NCBI RefSeq assembly: GCF_009834535.1
Contig: NC_045697.1
Coordinates: 81,470,001 to 81,534,000 of the forward strand
DNA length: 64,000 nt
DNA from: Camelus ferus
Taxonomy: Eukaryota
Direction of reading: 5' to 3'
The number at the start of each line of letters is the position of its first letter. Positions within the stretch are counted from its first letter, which is position 1. Shown here piece by piece: positions 26,621-40,110 of this stretch. The notes beneath the pieces are model-generated. The model was not told the origin of the DNA and did not search any database. It saw only the letters and a program-made list of their open reading frames with translations. The translations under genes were made by a program, and so were the position numbers.

Positions 26621-28569
26621 AGACTTTTGTCATAATTTTGATGATTTAATCAATTGATACATGGTCAATTTATTTGGGTCATGAGCATATATTACCCATA
26701 TCATGACACTACAATTTTGCCTTTTAATTTCAATCAATACTTTTAAAGTATTATTTTTATGGCTGTGTCTTTTGTCCATCTGTGAAATCTCTGGTTTTCT
26801 ATATTACATATTTTGTTTTCATGGTATCATTTTTTCCTTAGTATTGCCAAGATGATATTGTAATGGTGCTAATGAGATTTTGAATTTAAAGTAAATATTT
26901 CATGCTATTTAATAAGGAAGTTTAGTTTTGACTTTTTATTATTTTTAGAAGACAAGCAAGGTGAATTGAATTCCTCTAGGACCATTAAACTTTTATACCT
27001 TTATACCTTTCATACTTACCTTTGCAGTGTAATGTTTTTCTGCTGTCTCTAGTTCCTGTTTTTCTGATATTCTGAATGTAATATATGAAGAAGTACTATT
27101 CCCAGCACAAAAGGGCCAGCATTAAAAGCTTATTATTGCATGCTATCATGTTCTAAAATTTACTTTTGGAGATTATGAGTCCCTGAATTTAAAAAAAAAA
27201 AAACAGCCCATTGTCTTTAGCTCTTTTCATTTTTACTTTTTGAATTGTAAAATCACTTGGTTGTGGCAAACAGTATCAGACTAAAAGGTGAAGGGGTTAG
27301 AAATTGGGAGGAATAATTAATTAACCTCACAAGGTAATGTTCTCAACAAGTCTCACAATCTGAAAACATGGTAAGAACTGAGGAGAGTCTAGATTCCTCA
27401 TCTGGTTCCGGTTTCACAAAACAAGTCAGCACTATGTTGGGAGCTGGTAGATTTTTCTTATTCTAGTTCTGCTTGTCTTGTAATTCATATTAATCACTTC
27501 CACATTTTAAAGTTATCTGTCATTTTTAGTTTTAAATGTTGAGAGTTTCATCATTTTCTGTTTTTGTGACTATGTGAAAAAATAGTAGAATATCTAAAGA
27601 GAGTCCAGAAAAATGCCCTTTTCAGTTGATAATTTTTTTAAAAAGTTATCATTGGAAGTTCAAAAAAATAGGGAATATTGTTCCAATGAACTCCGTCTCT
27701 ATTTTTCCAGATTAGGAGTACCCACACTTCAAGAGAAGAATTTTCTCATGTACTTAAGCAAAACTAACAGTGTCTGTCACTTCATTCTTACCCAATCCTG
27801 GTGGGTCTTTTTATATTTCATAAATCTTAGATTGTCTTGAGGTCAATTTGCTAGGCTGTTCCTAAAGTCTCTCAAGTAATATGAAACTATGTAAAAAGGA
27901 CTTTTTAACAAGGTACAACTGTCCTTGGTTATAGTATTGTTTTTAAATTTAGAAAATGAACAGTAGTCCTATATTGATTGCAAATTTTTGGCTCTTCAAA
28001 AGAATTATATCCATTTATAAATAACTTCTTTGTACTATATTAAAAAGTAAAATGCTCATATTTATTTTTAGCTCAATTTCAAATGAATAACTTCTCTTTG
28101 TTTTATGTACCTTAGGAAAAGGTCTTGACTGCCATTCAACATTATGTTTCTCCTGTCAAAGTTACTGACACTTTTTAATATATAGCATTTAATAGAATAA
28201 CTTTGACAATAATAACTTGGTTTATATAAAAGTCAGATATTCTTTATGAACAAATGAAAAATGTTGATTATATGACTTCAGACCAATTACATTAAAATTG
28301 CACATATATATTTATGGGATATTACATTTAAAATATTTATTAATTCTCATACAGCACTTAAGACAAACATTTGTTTGCAAAATGGATATCCTCCATTAAA
28401 CTAGTTAACTATATTACCTGCATATGAATTAGAGTAAAATAGTATACTTGTTTCTATGATGTTTATTATTAAAGAGAAAAAAATTTCAGAATGAAATAGT
28501 CATGTTATAGAGTTAAAATGGTGCTAATTAGGGTTTTCCTTACCAATGTTCATTTCATACCCTTTTCAG

Positions 28570-29280
28570 AGTGGTTTGGTTTAGAAAAACACCAAGCTGC
28601 TGGTAATTAGGAGACTCAATAATACGATGGCTTAAAAAAATACATTTCTCTCTCCTGTAACACTCCTGGAGTGATGAGTCCAGGACATTGGTGCAGCTCT
28701 GCTCAGTGTGCTCATCCAGGGACCCAGTCTGCTTCCACCATGTTCTGCCATTCTCTAGGGCAGGGATCTGCAAACATTTTCTGTAAAGGGACAGAATGTA
28801 AATATTTCAGGCTTTGCAGGATATACAGTGTCTGGTGCAATTACTTACCTCAGCCATTGTGGTGGGAAAGTAGCCACAGACTCTATGCCATGAATGGACA
28901 TGGCTATGTTCTAATACACCTTTTTCTTTTTTTTTTTTAACAGGCAGAGGGAGGGATTTGGCTTTTAGGTTGTAGTCTGCCAACCCCTGTACTAGGGCAC
29001 TGTTACTGCATGGTTGAAGCTGGGTCTTCACTGGCAAGGAGAGGAAAGAAAATGTGGAATTAGCATACTGCTTTTTGTAACATCCAAACATGGAAGTGAC
29101 AGATATTACTTTGGTTTACAGTCAATCAGCAAAAATTTATTCACCCTTTCAAACTATATGGAAGACTGGAAAAGATAGTTTAGCTGAGAAGTAGTATGTC
29201 CAGCTACAGTTCTTTTTTTCTTTTTTTTTAATGGAAAGAGTAGAGAAAGGATCTTGGTGAACAGCAAGCAATCTATCACA
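28570..29280 (-). mobile_element. MLT1K/L-like MaLR LTR interrupted by MER58A
   Basis: aatacgatggcttaaa..tttctctctc, catccagggacccag.ctgcttcca, ggaagtgac..tattacttt, gactggaaaa..tagtttagctg. Confidence 0.7.
28761..28989. mobile_element. MER58A hAT-Charlie MITE
   Basis: TIRs cagggatctgcaaac...gtctgccaacccctg; body ttctgtaaaggg.caga..gtaaatatttcaggctttgc; degenerate 8-bp TSD ctctaggg/tactaggg. Confidence 0.9.
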
Positions 29281-31829
29281 ATCATACAGAATTTGCAAGA
29301 AAAATACAGAAAATTGATATCATAATATTCTCCTATCATGATTTAGCCAGACAACAAAATGTATGCAGAATGAGATGTTATCAACTTCCTAAATATATAA
29401 AATAAAATTGGACTTATTAAGATTTTATATATCATAAAAGCTGTCCTGCATTGTGGTTATCTTTGACTCACTGAATAAATTAGCTCCAAGTTGGAATGCT
29501 TAACACCTATTTTAGATACTATAAAATTAGTAGTTTTCAACTGTCAGCTCATTTTTTTCTCTGAGTTTGCATGCCTAACACATTCTTAAACAGAATCTAT
29601 AATTCACAGCCTGCAGAAACTGATATATGTATCTATGCAGTTTTGTGGCAAATGTATGCCATTTGAAACAGCTGAATGCAAACTCGGTTGATGGTGCTCT
29701 CCAGCTGTCAGGAGTTTGCTAGGAAGTGTCATGCTGCCTACAGATATGTCAATATTTTATCAAATATTTTTCCAAAATGCACATTCTAAATCTATTTCCA
29801 AATGTGTTATCTATAAGACAATCTAAAAAAGAATTCCTCAAAGTTACTAGAACACATAAAGTTAGCTGCCTATATCAGCCTAATTCTATGAATAAGATTA
29901 AAATGCCAAGACTATGTAATCATGTAGTAATCAGATATGCTATTAGTGTTTTACTCTTATGCTTGGACCTAAAATATAAAAATCTTTGACAATTATTTGT
30001 GCCAAGACTCTATTTGCTCTAATCACTTTACATTTTTCCATTAACATAAAATGACAGTGGTATTTATTCACTGTCCTCAAATGGCAACTTGTAAGGACAC
30101 AGCTTTTTTGTTGTCATACTGAATACACACTGGGATCCACACAAACTTCCATTCTTATTTTTTTTTGTTTCATGTCAGACTCCCTCTCTTTCAACTATTC
30201 ATGCATTCATTCACACACTGCACTTTTTCTTCTATTTTTACCTTATTGTTAATAGATAAACCTCGATTTCCAGCTGAGATAGTTGTTAAATTCTCACCGA
30301 TATTTGATACCATGGCAGTATAATATCCAAACTTTCATTTTTTTTTGTCTCCTAGAAGTTTTCATATATTGATATGATTTGTTAGTACATGATGGGTTTT
30401 AAATTAATTTTGGCATATCTGCCTGACTCCACTACAATGATGAGATTTTCTAGAGCAATAAACAAATCTAACATAATTAGCTATTAAATAAAATGGGTCT
30501 TTTTGGAGGGGAGTAAAATCTGGCTTCTACTTGTTCTTGAAAGGAAAAACTTAATCAATCATGCCTCTGAATTTGTGTAATGTACTTTTATAAAAGATTC
30601 TCACGCATCTCCTACATTCCTTTTGAAATGTGCATTAAGTTCTGAATTAACGTAATGCCAGAATATTAGCTCCTGATTTAATTACTCCTGTTTCCACATC
30701 ACAGTGTCCTTCAGCACAATAAAACTGTAAACAATATTACCATGGAAAAATAGTAAGATTATGCAATAAACCTTCAGCAGTTAAAGTGATGAAGTATTTT
30801 AATGTTAAACTCATTTGGATATATATACATTTGAGACAAGCATTATTACATTGGAAGTAGAAATAGTAAGATTTTGGCCTTAACTACTTTTCCCTTTCTT
30901 CATTAAGATGAAGATTTTGATGAAAAAAATAAAAAATGTGACCTTGTCCCTACTCTATTAGAGTCTTTTTTGAGTATCATGCGTCATCCATGTTTTTATC
31001 ATCCACCTGGGTACTGCAATTCTAAGGCTATCACCAGATTATAGTTGAAGAGAATGATGTTAGGACACTTCATCTTGAAGGGTATCATCAAAGAGCATAA
31101 GGTGTTCTTGTTCTGGGTAAGTTGAGATAGAGCCCTGATAAAGAGTTCTTTTCATTTTCTTGCATGTTCGCAAAGGAAAAAAAAGTAAGATTTTTTTTTT
31201 TTAGATATTCTGGAAGATACATTTTTCTGTGTAAAGTCAAAGAAAAGAGACATAAGGGTTGGTGAAAACTTTTTATTCCACTGAACTACATTAATGATTC
31301 TCTACTAAAGACAACAGAATCTAAAGAACAGAGGGGAGAATTCCAAAACCAAGCAAATGGATAAGACCAAGTAGTGCACCGTGCCTGATGACAAACAGTA
31401 AACTTTTAGTCACTTAGAAACATCAAAAATGGGGCTTAGACAAAATGCTGAACTTGAAAGGAAATATTACATTGAAGACTAAAAAGAAAAGCCCATTTTT
31501 AATAATGAAGAAAAATTATGTGTATAGATACATAATCTGTTCTATGTTCCTAAGTCTAATGATACAATCTTTATTAAGCAAAGTAAGGGATAATGAATAA
31601 ACAACAGAGTATGTTGAACCAAGGAACCAAGTAAATTAACTGACAAGAAGAGGACCCAGGAAAAAAAAAATACTGGAGGGAAAAAGAAAACAAGAAACAA
31701 ATTATTCACATAGAAGCAGATAAACAGAATTAGCACTGCAGAAATTCCAATCAAATATATAAAGAATAAAGTTGAGACGTTATTTCTAAAATACAGAATA
31801 AAAAGACAAAGTTAACATGAAAGGATAGG

Positions 31830-33360
31830 ATGAGGATGGAAAATATTGGTGATGAATTCCTTGAGATTTTTCCTTCCCTACCACATATCCCAGACAAAGT
31901 GCTACAGAAGCCTCCAATCAGGAACTGACAACAGACACAGGCAAGAATCTCCAAGGAAAGCCTGTTTTTAATCAGAGGACTACAAAAACAATTTGGACTA
32001 AGGACAGAAATCTTTTTGCCACTACCCATCCTTCTCCAAACTGTTACCAATGGAAACCACCCCCTCACCCGCCCACATGTCCCCAGGCCTCTGTCCCTCT
32101 CCACCTGGCAGAATCAGGCAGTACTCAAGTCCCCCTCCTTGTGTTCTTGGCCCAAGGAGAGAGCAGATATTCCCTCCCCTATCTGGTGGGATAAAGTGAG
32201 CCTCCAGCCCCATCTGAGAGAGCAGGATGTGCTCTGATTCCCACATCAGGGTACTGCCAGAGGGGTCCAGCTGGAAGAAAAACTCCCAAATAATTTTTGA
32301 CAAATGTGTAAAAACAATTTATTTTAGAAAGGATAGTCTTTTTGACAATGGTGCTAGAGCAACTGGACATCTACAGGGGAAGAAAAAAGAAGAACCTTGA
32401 CATAAACCTCCCACCTTATAAAAAATTAACTCAAATTGGATCACGGACTTAAAATGTAAAACTATAGAACTTTTTGTAACAACCATAGAAGGAGATGTTT
32501 GGATATTCACTGAAGAAAATACACAGATGCAAATAAATACATAAAAGTATGTCCTATATCATTGGTCACTAGTGAAATACGAGTAATACTACAATGAGAT
32601 ATTACTACAAACCTATCAGAATAGCTAAAATAAAAAAAAATGACAGTATCAAATGCTTTAAAGGAGGTGGAGAAATAATATCTTGGTGATGACTATATGA
32701 AATGGTATAGATCCTTTGGAAAACAGTTTAACAGTTTCTTATGAAGCTAAACATGCAGCTATTCTATCTCACATTTCTAGATACTTACCAGGAGAAATGA
32801 AAAATTATGTTCACTTAAAAATTGTACATTAATATTCACAGAAGCTTTATTTGTAATACTTCAAGACAGGCAACAACCCAGATGTTCTCCAATGAGTGAA
32901 TAAACAAATTGTGCTACATTCACACCTAAGAATACTACTCAGCAATTAAAAAGGAACAAACTATTGATGTAAGCAACAACTTGGATGAATCTCTAGAGAA
33001 TTATGTCTAGTGAAAAAAGTCAATCAGGCTTTAATACAGGCCACATACTTTACTATTCCAGTTATACCGAATTACAAAAGCAAAAATTGAAGAACAGATT
33101 AATGGTTGACAGACATGTGGGGAATAAGCTGTGTGTAGTACCCCTCCAAAATAAAAGGGTAACAGGAGGGATACCTGTGGTGATGGAAATGCTCTGCATC
33201 TCAAATAAATTCGTATCAGTACACCTTCTGTGATATTATACTATAGTTTTGCAAGGTATCACCATTAGAGAAAACTGGGTAGAAGTTATTCAGAATCTCT
33301 CTGCATTAATTTTTACAACTGCATGTAAATCAAAAATCATCTTAAACTATCTCAAAAAGT
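31830..33360 (+). mobile_element. L1MD-like LINE: putative 5' UTR (~31830-32280) joined to the ORF2 end and 3' UTR
   Basis: ORF2-end motifs (ggatagtcttttt.acaatggtgctag, aaaattaactcaaa.tggatc) and L1MD-type 3' UTR ctatagttttgcaag..accatt..aaactgggt..acaactgcatgt. The 5' UTR identity is inferred. Confidence 0.75.
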
Positions 33361-33489
33361 TTTTTTTTAACGTAACATTTCAAGTCCTTAAATATGTTTG
33401 TGAAGCTTTACCCCTTAATTTAACCTCTGGGAATCTATCTCCATGTGGTCTTTGCTCTTTTCTTGTTTTCTCCTGTATATATATGTATT

Positions 33490-33690
33490 TATTTAGCACT
33501 TCCTATGTGTTAGGCATGCTGCTAAGCACATTACATGCATAACCTCATTTAATCTTTTCAAACATCCTATTGGGTACTTTGTTAATGTCCTTAATTCAAG
33601 ACTGTGTCTATCACACAACAAGTAAATTATTGCACTGGGTTTTGTGCTCAGAATTATCTAACTTTAATGACATGATCTTCACTGCTATCT
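33490..33690 (-). mobile_element. MIR SINE
   Basis: agcacttcctatgtgttaggcatgctgctaagcacattacatgcataacctcatttaatc. Confidence 0.75.
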
Positions 33691-33899
33691 TCTACAGAAT
33701 TATTTTAATATCCAAAGAGAAAAGGGGAAAAAACGGATATTAACCAAACGTTGAAAACTAGGGAAATCATGAAGTTTGTTCTTCTATAAGATAGGTTATT
33801 ACTAGCCAGGAGAATGTGTTTAACAAGTTTTTTTTTAATATATTCATAAGTGAAAAGATCATTCTATTCATTATAATAAAAATTCTATAAAGTACAACA

Positions 33900-35420
33900 C
33901 ATTTATTATTTAGTCAACATGAAATGGATTTTCAAAATGTAGGTAACCAAACAAAAGACAAATCATAAATGCTGCACATATTTTCACTTTAAAATAGAGA
34001 TTTGACTGGGAAAAAAATGAGAATATTTAGAATTTAAGATGACTTTAAAGAAAAGTATATAAAAATCAATGTCTTTTTGATATGCTAAGAAAAATATAGT
34101 AAAAAATAAAAAGGAAAAATAAGCATTCTATTATCAAAGGAACCAAAAACATAAAACAAGGGATACATTTAATAAGAAATCTGTAGGATTTATAAATTTA
34201 AAAAGAGAAATTGAAGGCCACAAATGAATATCTGACTAAATATCTTACAAAAGGATAATTATATATCCTCCAAAAATTGATATTTGTATTTAATACAATT
34301 CCAGTCAAATTATGAGTGCATTATTCTAAAATTAATCTGCAAAATAAATGCATAAGAATATCAGAAAATTCTGAAAACATTAATAGAAGAGGACTTTTTG
34401 TATGATATTAATATATATTATAATCATAACACATTAAACTAGCATTGAAATCAACAAAAAAAAACCTAGAAGATACAAATATGCCTCAGTGTGTTGTAAT
34501 TTAAGTAATTCATTAGTTAATAAATGCATTATGAATAAACTTAGATACTTACATTGAACCAAATGCCAAAATAATTTTAGATCAATTTAAAGATTATATT
34601 TTGAAAAGAAATAATGAAAGAATTAAAAAAATTTTAGGCGAATGTCTACCTCTATGTAAGTCCTTATGATAAGGGAGGATTTTAGAAGTTTAAATCACAG
34701 ATAAAAATCATAAAATAAATTACTTTTAAATATTTACATAAAAAACCAAAATTTTTTAAACCAAAGCTTAATAGAGAAATGGAAAAAAATGAATTCAAAA
34801 AATATTCACTCAAAATATGGGTAGGGAAAAGTTAAGCATCTGTCTTAATTTTTATAACACTATCACCTATTTATCATCTGCCTATTATCTATCTATCTAT
34901 ATATCTACTTATCTACTTATCTATCTTGTCTAGGGAACATACGAAAATTAATGATAGAATGGAATAAAACAAAATAGGAAAAATGATTTGAGAATATACA
35001 CAAGAAATTCATTAAGAGTAAAAATGCAAATAATAGCAAATCCCACACGTACCAAAGACAAAATAAAATGAGAGACTACAATTTATTTCTCATATTATAC
35101 AATAAATAATAGCCCAAACCAGAATGTCAAGAGAAGGCAAGAAAAAAATGTTTGCTCACATACTGCTGGTGCAATATAAATGACCCCAGGAATTCAGGAA
35201 AACAACTTACAGCTCTAAAAATAACAAAATAATTTGACTTCTTTGAATTTCTAATTGTGAAAAATGATTGGAAATAAATACAGTCCTCAAATAGGAAAAT
35301 TACTAAATAAACTATAAAGTATTAATATGCCAGAATATTATGAAAATATTAAAAATATGTTGACATGCATAAACATAGTAAGATGTTCCAAATATATCGT
35401 GAAAATTTGGAAAGGAAGTT
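33900..35420 (+). mobile_element. highly degraded L1ME-type ORF2/3' fragment
   Basis: A-rich strand with remnants aaaatcaat, aatacaattccagtcaaa, ttattctaaaattaatctg, tgctcacatactgctggtg. Confidence 0.55.
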
Positions 35421-35509
35421 ACAGCTCTCCTTCTTTCTGGTCTTTTTGTTCCCCTCTCCTTCCTTTACATTCCCCTTCCCTTCTCTTCACTATAGATTAA
35501 GCCTGTTTT

Positions 35510-36460
35510 GAGGAGACCAAGAAAGATATGGGAATTGTGAGAAGAGTGAGAGGCAGCTATGGTGACCTAGTGGAAACTATCTTAACTGGAACAAAGTAGA
35601 ACAGCCATTAAGTAGGCAGGGGTGCAGTGATGTATCTGGAGGAAAATTTCAGAGCCAAAGCAGGGTGAGGGGGACATCTGAGTGAGAGAATTGCCCAACA
35701 CATGTATCAGAGGTCAAGGTGTGTGAGAAAGGCAACCATGGTATGTAGGAGTCCTATAGTAGGGCATTTGAGCCCAAGTAGGGTGAGGAAAGCAATTATG
35801 AAGCAAGCTGACTACAGAGGCCTGGCATGGGACAAGGCACCATGAGTATGGTGAGAAAGATGGTACCACACTGGAGTGTTCAATCCTGAACAGTGTGCTG
35901 AAGTTTGTGTAGTATAAGGAAGATTCTCTAGGGGCAGGGAAGGGTGTTGGCAGCATGGCATGATGAGATGAAGCCTGATTTGGGTGAAGAGGTCATTTGT
36001 GCAGGAGATGAAGATAGTAGTGGCCCAGAAAATGATACTAGAACAAAAGTGATGTGAGAAATCTCTTTATGCTGAGATTGGTGGGTGGAATACTGACACC
36101 TGTGGAACATTGGTTTACTCATTGATCAAGTGAGTAAAATTACTGGTAATTATAGGAGCCAGATTTCTTGGATAAAAGAACTACAAATAAGGGAAGAAGA
36201 TAAACTGAAATAAACCCTGTAGTATTAGATTGGCATTGAAGATACAGGTCTGAGCTTGTGGATTTCAGTATATTGGTATAGGTTTAGGTATAGAGATAAC
36301 AGAAATAAATGTGTATGTATACACACACATACACACACATGCACTACGTATTATATATATTTCCAAGCTGTTTATTGAGATGTAAAGGAATAGCAACAAC
36401 TCAATAATGATGACTACTCCTGATATCTAGATTTTGTTTTCTAATACAATTATCATTCCT
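35510..36460 (+). mobile_element. L1MC3/MC4/MD-like long 3' UTR
   Basis: aaaccctgtagtattagattggcattgaagatac..ttccaagctg..tgag..agattttgttttctaatac resembles L1MC-family 3' UTRs. Confidence 0.6.
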
Positions 36461-36479
36461 TTTTTTATATTCAAAAAAT

Positions 36480-37000
36480 CAATTGTTGGATATTTAACAT
36501 TTTATTTATCCCTTCATAAACTGATGAACGTATGAGTTGCTTACATTTTTGGCTATTATGAATAAAACTGCTATGAACATTTATGTGCAAGTTGTGTGTG
36601 TGTGTGTGGCCATTTGCTTTCAATTCTCTTATCTAGAAATGGAGTATCTGGATAATATGATAATTATTTTTGTAAGAACTGTCAAACTATTTTCAAAAGA
36701 GACATTTTATATTCCCCTTAACAATGGTCAAGGGTTCAAATTTCTCCTTGAAATCACCAACATATTTTATTATCTGTCTTTTTTTATTATATTAACTCCA
36801 GTGCTTGTAAAGAGTACCTTGTCATTTTAATTTGAATATATTCCTGGTGGCTGATGATATTGATTCTCTTTCCATGAACTTACTGGGCCATATACAAATT
36901 TGTATATCTTATTTGGAGAATGTCTATTTATGTCCTTTTCTTATTTTTTGTTATTTTTAATTTGTGAGTGTTCTTTATATACTTTTTGAAACAGATACAT
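36480..37000 (-). mobile_element. L1M ORF2 C-terminal fragment
   Basis: tttttggctattatgaataaaactgctatgaacattt, tgtatatcttatttggagaatgtctatt. Confidence 0.8.
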
Positions 37001-37009
37001 GTATTAAAA

Positions 37010-38000
37010 ATGTAGTGTGGCAATTCTGAAAATCAGATACCTCCCATTCATATAACTTCACCAAGGGATTATCATTGTTATTCTTGATGTTCGCTTAGAG
37101 AATTTTCTGAACTCTGAACTAATTCTCTAAATGCTTATCATTTGTCATATGTAGCCACTGAAGTCTTTGCCTGATTAGCTTAACGGTCACATAATTATTA
37201 GACAGAGATTTCCTTAAGTGCTGTGACTTCCTCTTTTGATAAAGGGCTCTTTGTATTTGGGTATGTCTTCAACATTTCAACAGGCAGTTTTTATTTCTGC
37301 CTTATGCTTCATTTTCTGTTTGACTTGAGATAGAGTTGGCTAGAGAAATTGACTTTAGACCTTTACAAGTCTTTCCTGAGCAACTGCAATTTCTCCCATA
37401 TGTATATGACCTTTTAGATATTCCCTAGAATTTGCCTTGCTTTTTCAGAGTGCCTAGTGAAATCTGATTCTCTTTTTTTTTTTTTTTTTTGAGTATTTTC
37501 ATCAGTCTCTTGACAGCCTCAGCTGGTAATTTGCCCCAGGAAGATGTGATGTTAAAACAACTGCCACTTACTGTTTTCAACAAATGTATGTGGAATAAGA
37601 CTATTTGCACAAAGTAAATGCTAAACCAGATCAAGTAAAGACAAATCCTAAGAACAAAGTTTTTCAGCAAGCTGCTAGACAGCTTAAAACAGTGAAAAAA
37701 AATCTGAGGATGGGGCTTTTGTGGAGCTCCAAATTGATTCTGCCCATTTCACGGACTGCTTGACAATTGGTTTTCAAAGTTATTGTAATTGGGAGATCTT
37801 GTTTTTTAAGGCTATCCCAGAGCTGAGGAAAGAATTAGGGCAGGTTAAAATGCCATAAAGTTCACTGTTCTTACTGAGATTCAGCTATTTTTCTTGAATA
37901 AACACTCCTCAGATTGTTACAAATCTTTAGTTAATATTGGAATCCTGAAAAGGTTGATTTTGATATTTTTTGCTATTTTCTCATTGTTTTTATTCAGAAA
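37010..38000 (-). mobile_element. L1M4/L1MB-type 5' end fragment
   Basis: gtggcaattctgaaaatcagat, gccactgaagtct, gacagagatttccttaa, ttcttgaataaacactcc, aaggttgattttga. Confidence 0.7.
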
Positions 38001-39599
38001 AAGCCTTTTTTCTTTCTATTAAGATTAATGCTAAAAATTCATAAGACTTCCAGAATGGATTGATGAGTAACTTAAAATTTTATTTATTTATCTATCTACC
38101 TATTTATTTTTTTATGGATTTCCTTGCCATATATTCAAAATTTCCTACAATAAATAAGAACTTTTCATGTAAAGAGTATTTTCATTTATGTCCTATGTGC
38201 TTAAATGCTATAATGGAGGAACCAATTTGCTCCTATATAATTATTCTATGTATTGTCCTGTGCACTGGGAGTGCTACAATAAAATATTTTCTTACAAGGA
38301 GACTTTTTTCTATCAAGATTAAATTTCTAGTAATATTTTTAAGTAAAATTTCTATTAAATTAAAATACTTGAGCTTTATCTTATCAATCTGACAAATGAA
38401 AGCAAATAGGTCAACACAGTAGAATTTTCCAAATATATATTCTAGTTCTGAAAATGGCACTATTATATTTGGAAATATAAGGAAGGCCAAATCTCAATGA
38501 CCAATGACCAATGACCAAGCAAAGTCTGATTTCTTAGGCTATGATAAAAAAATGAAAAGCAAGGAAAATAAAAATGTATTATACTATGAAAGCATTACAT
38601 CTTCCCATTAGGGTAGGAAAGATGCCTTTCAGGTTCTAATTGAAGATTTGATTATGAGAAACACAGTCTGTAATGTACTCTGCCTGGTAGGCTTGATGAT
38701 TCAGAAATGCTAGACAGCTATTTATCAAAGACTGTCCTCTCTGCTGCTTGCTTCATGGGCCAAAAGAAACTCAATGACCATGATATACTGCTAACAGATG
38801 CAGAACATGCCACTAATAAAAAGAACACTAATTCCATAAGGTTTTAATCCATATTTTAATTTTAGCTTCTCTTATTTTTAAAGGTCTAGCTTTTCTTTCT
38901 ATCAGGTTGCTTTGAGAATGCTTCAGATCGTAGTTCCACATAGTATTGTGTTTAAAGTGCTTAGCTGTGTCTGACTGGCATCTCAATAAATACTTAACTA
39001 ATTTTTTAGTAGTAGTATCATCATTTTATTTAAGGACTTAATGGATTTAACATTCAAAGTTACTACTTATAATTTTAAAGTAATTTCAAAATGCATTTGA
39101 TGTATATATCTTTAAATCCATTCTATGACATATATTTTATAAGTTATAGGAGTCCAAAAAATCATTTGATTAATATAATAATGTTATGCATTAATTTTTT
39201 ATTAACATCTTAAAAATAATAATCATATTTATTATTGTATTTTTGCTAATCAACGATTTATTTTCTGTTTTTCAAAGACTCACAATGCTCAAATATCTCA
39301 GGATTAAAATTTTCTAAACCAGGTAAGAATCATGTTCACAGAGATGCTTATGTAATTAAAGATGGTTTTGTCACCAAAAGCATACTAAATAGATACAAAT
39401 ATATTTTATAACTTTATGTGAGAATAAACATTTATCTTAACATAGCAACTTTATGAATAATTATACATATGTATTATTTTCTTTTTTAAAAGATGTGTAT
39501 ATTACAAATACTAGCCCACAATCCCATGAGAATGCCATTGTATTGTGAAAAAGTTCCATGTAGATGTGATTTAAAAACCCAACCGAAAGAGAACAATAT

Positions 39600-40110
39600 A
39601 ATCCTTAGCAATACAGTTAACTTGCTTTAAATGATTCTTTGCATCTACCTCCAGAAAAATGTAACAACATTTTTCCACCCTCTATATTTTATCTTTTCCT
39701 CATAATTTGTATTTCTACAGTGGGATCATACACTACATCTTGCCTCTGCTGTAGTTTTTAATTATAACAATATTTTGAAAATATTCTATATCAGTACATG
39801 CAGATATATGACTCATGTACATGTACAATAGTTTATTTAACAATCACTAAGTTAATTTATTAGCATTTCAACTGCATCCTAATTTTGCTATTTCAGTTTA
39901 ATCTATATTATAATACATCTTGGAAAACTTTTATGTATATATTCACATAAAATAATTGCAATAGAATTGCTGTGTCAATAATTGTGTGCCCTTTACATAT
40001 TAGCAGATGGTACCAAACTTCTCTTCAGAAAGTTTGTACCAACTTTCACTCCCAACTAATTATGTTTGACTATGCCCATTGCCCCACATTACACACTACA
40101 ATATGAATAT
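39600..40110 (-). mobile_element. L1ME-type 3' fragment
   Basis: tgggatcatac, agtttatttaacaatc, tagaattgctgtgtcaa, ccaaact.ctcttcagaaagtttgtaccaacttt.cactccca. Confidence 0.65.
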
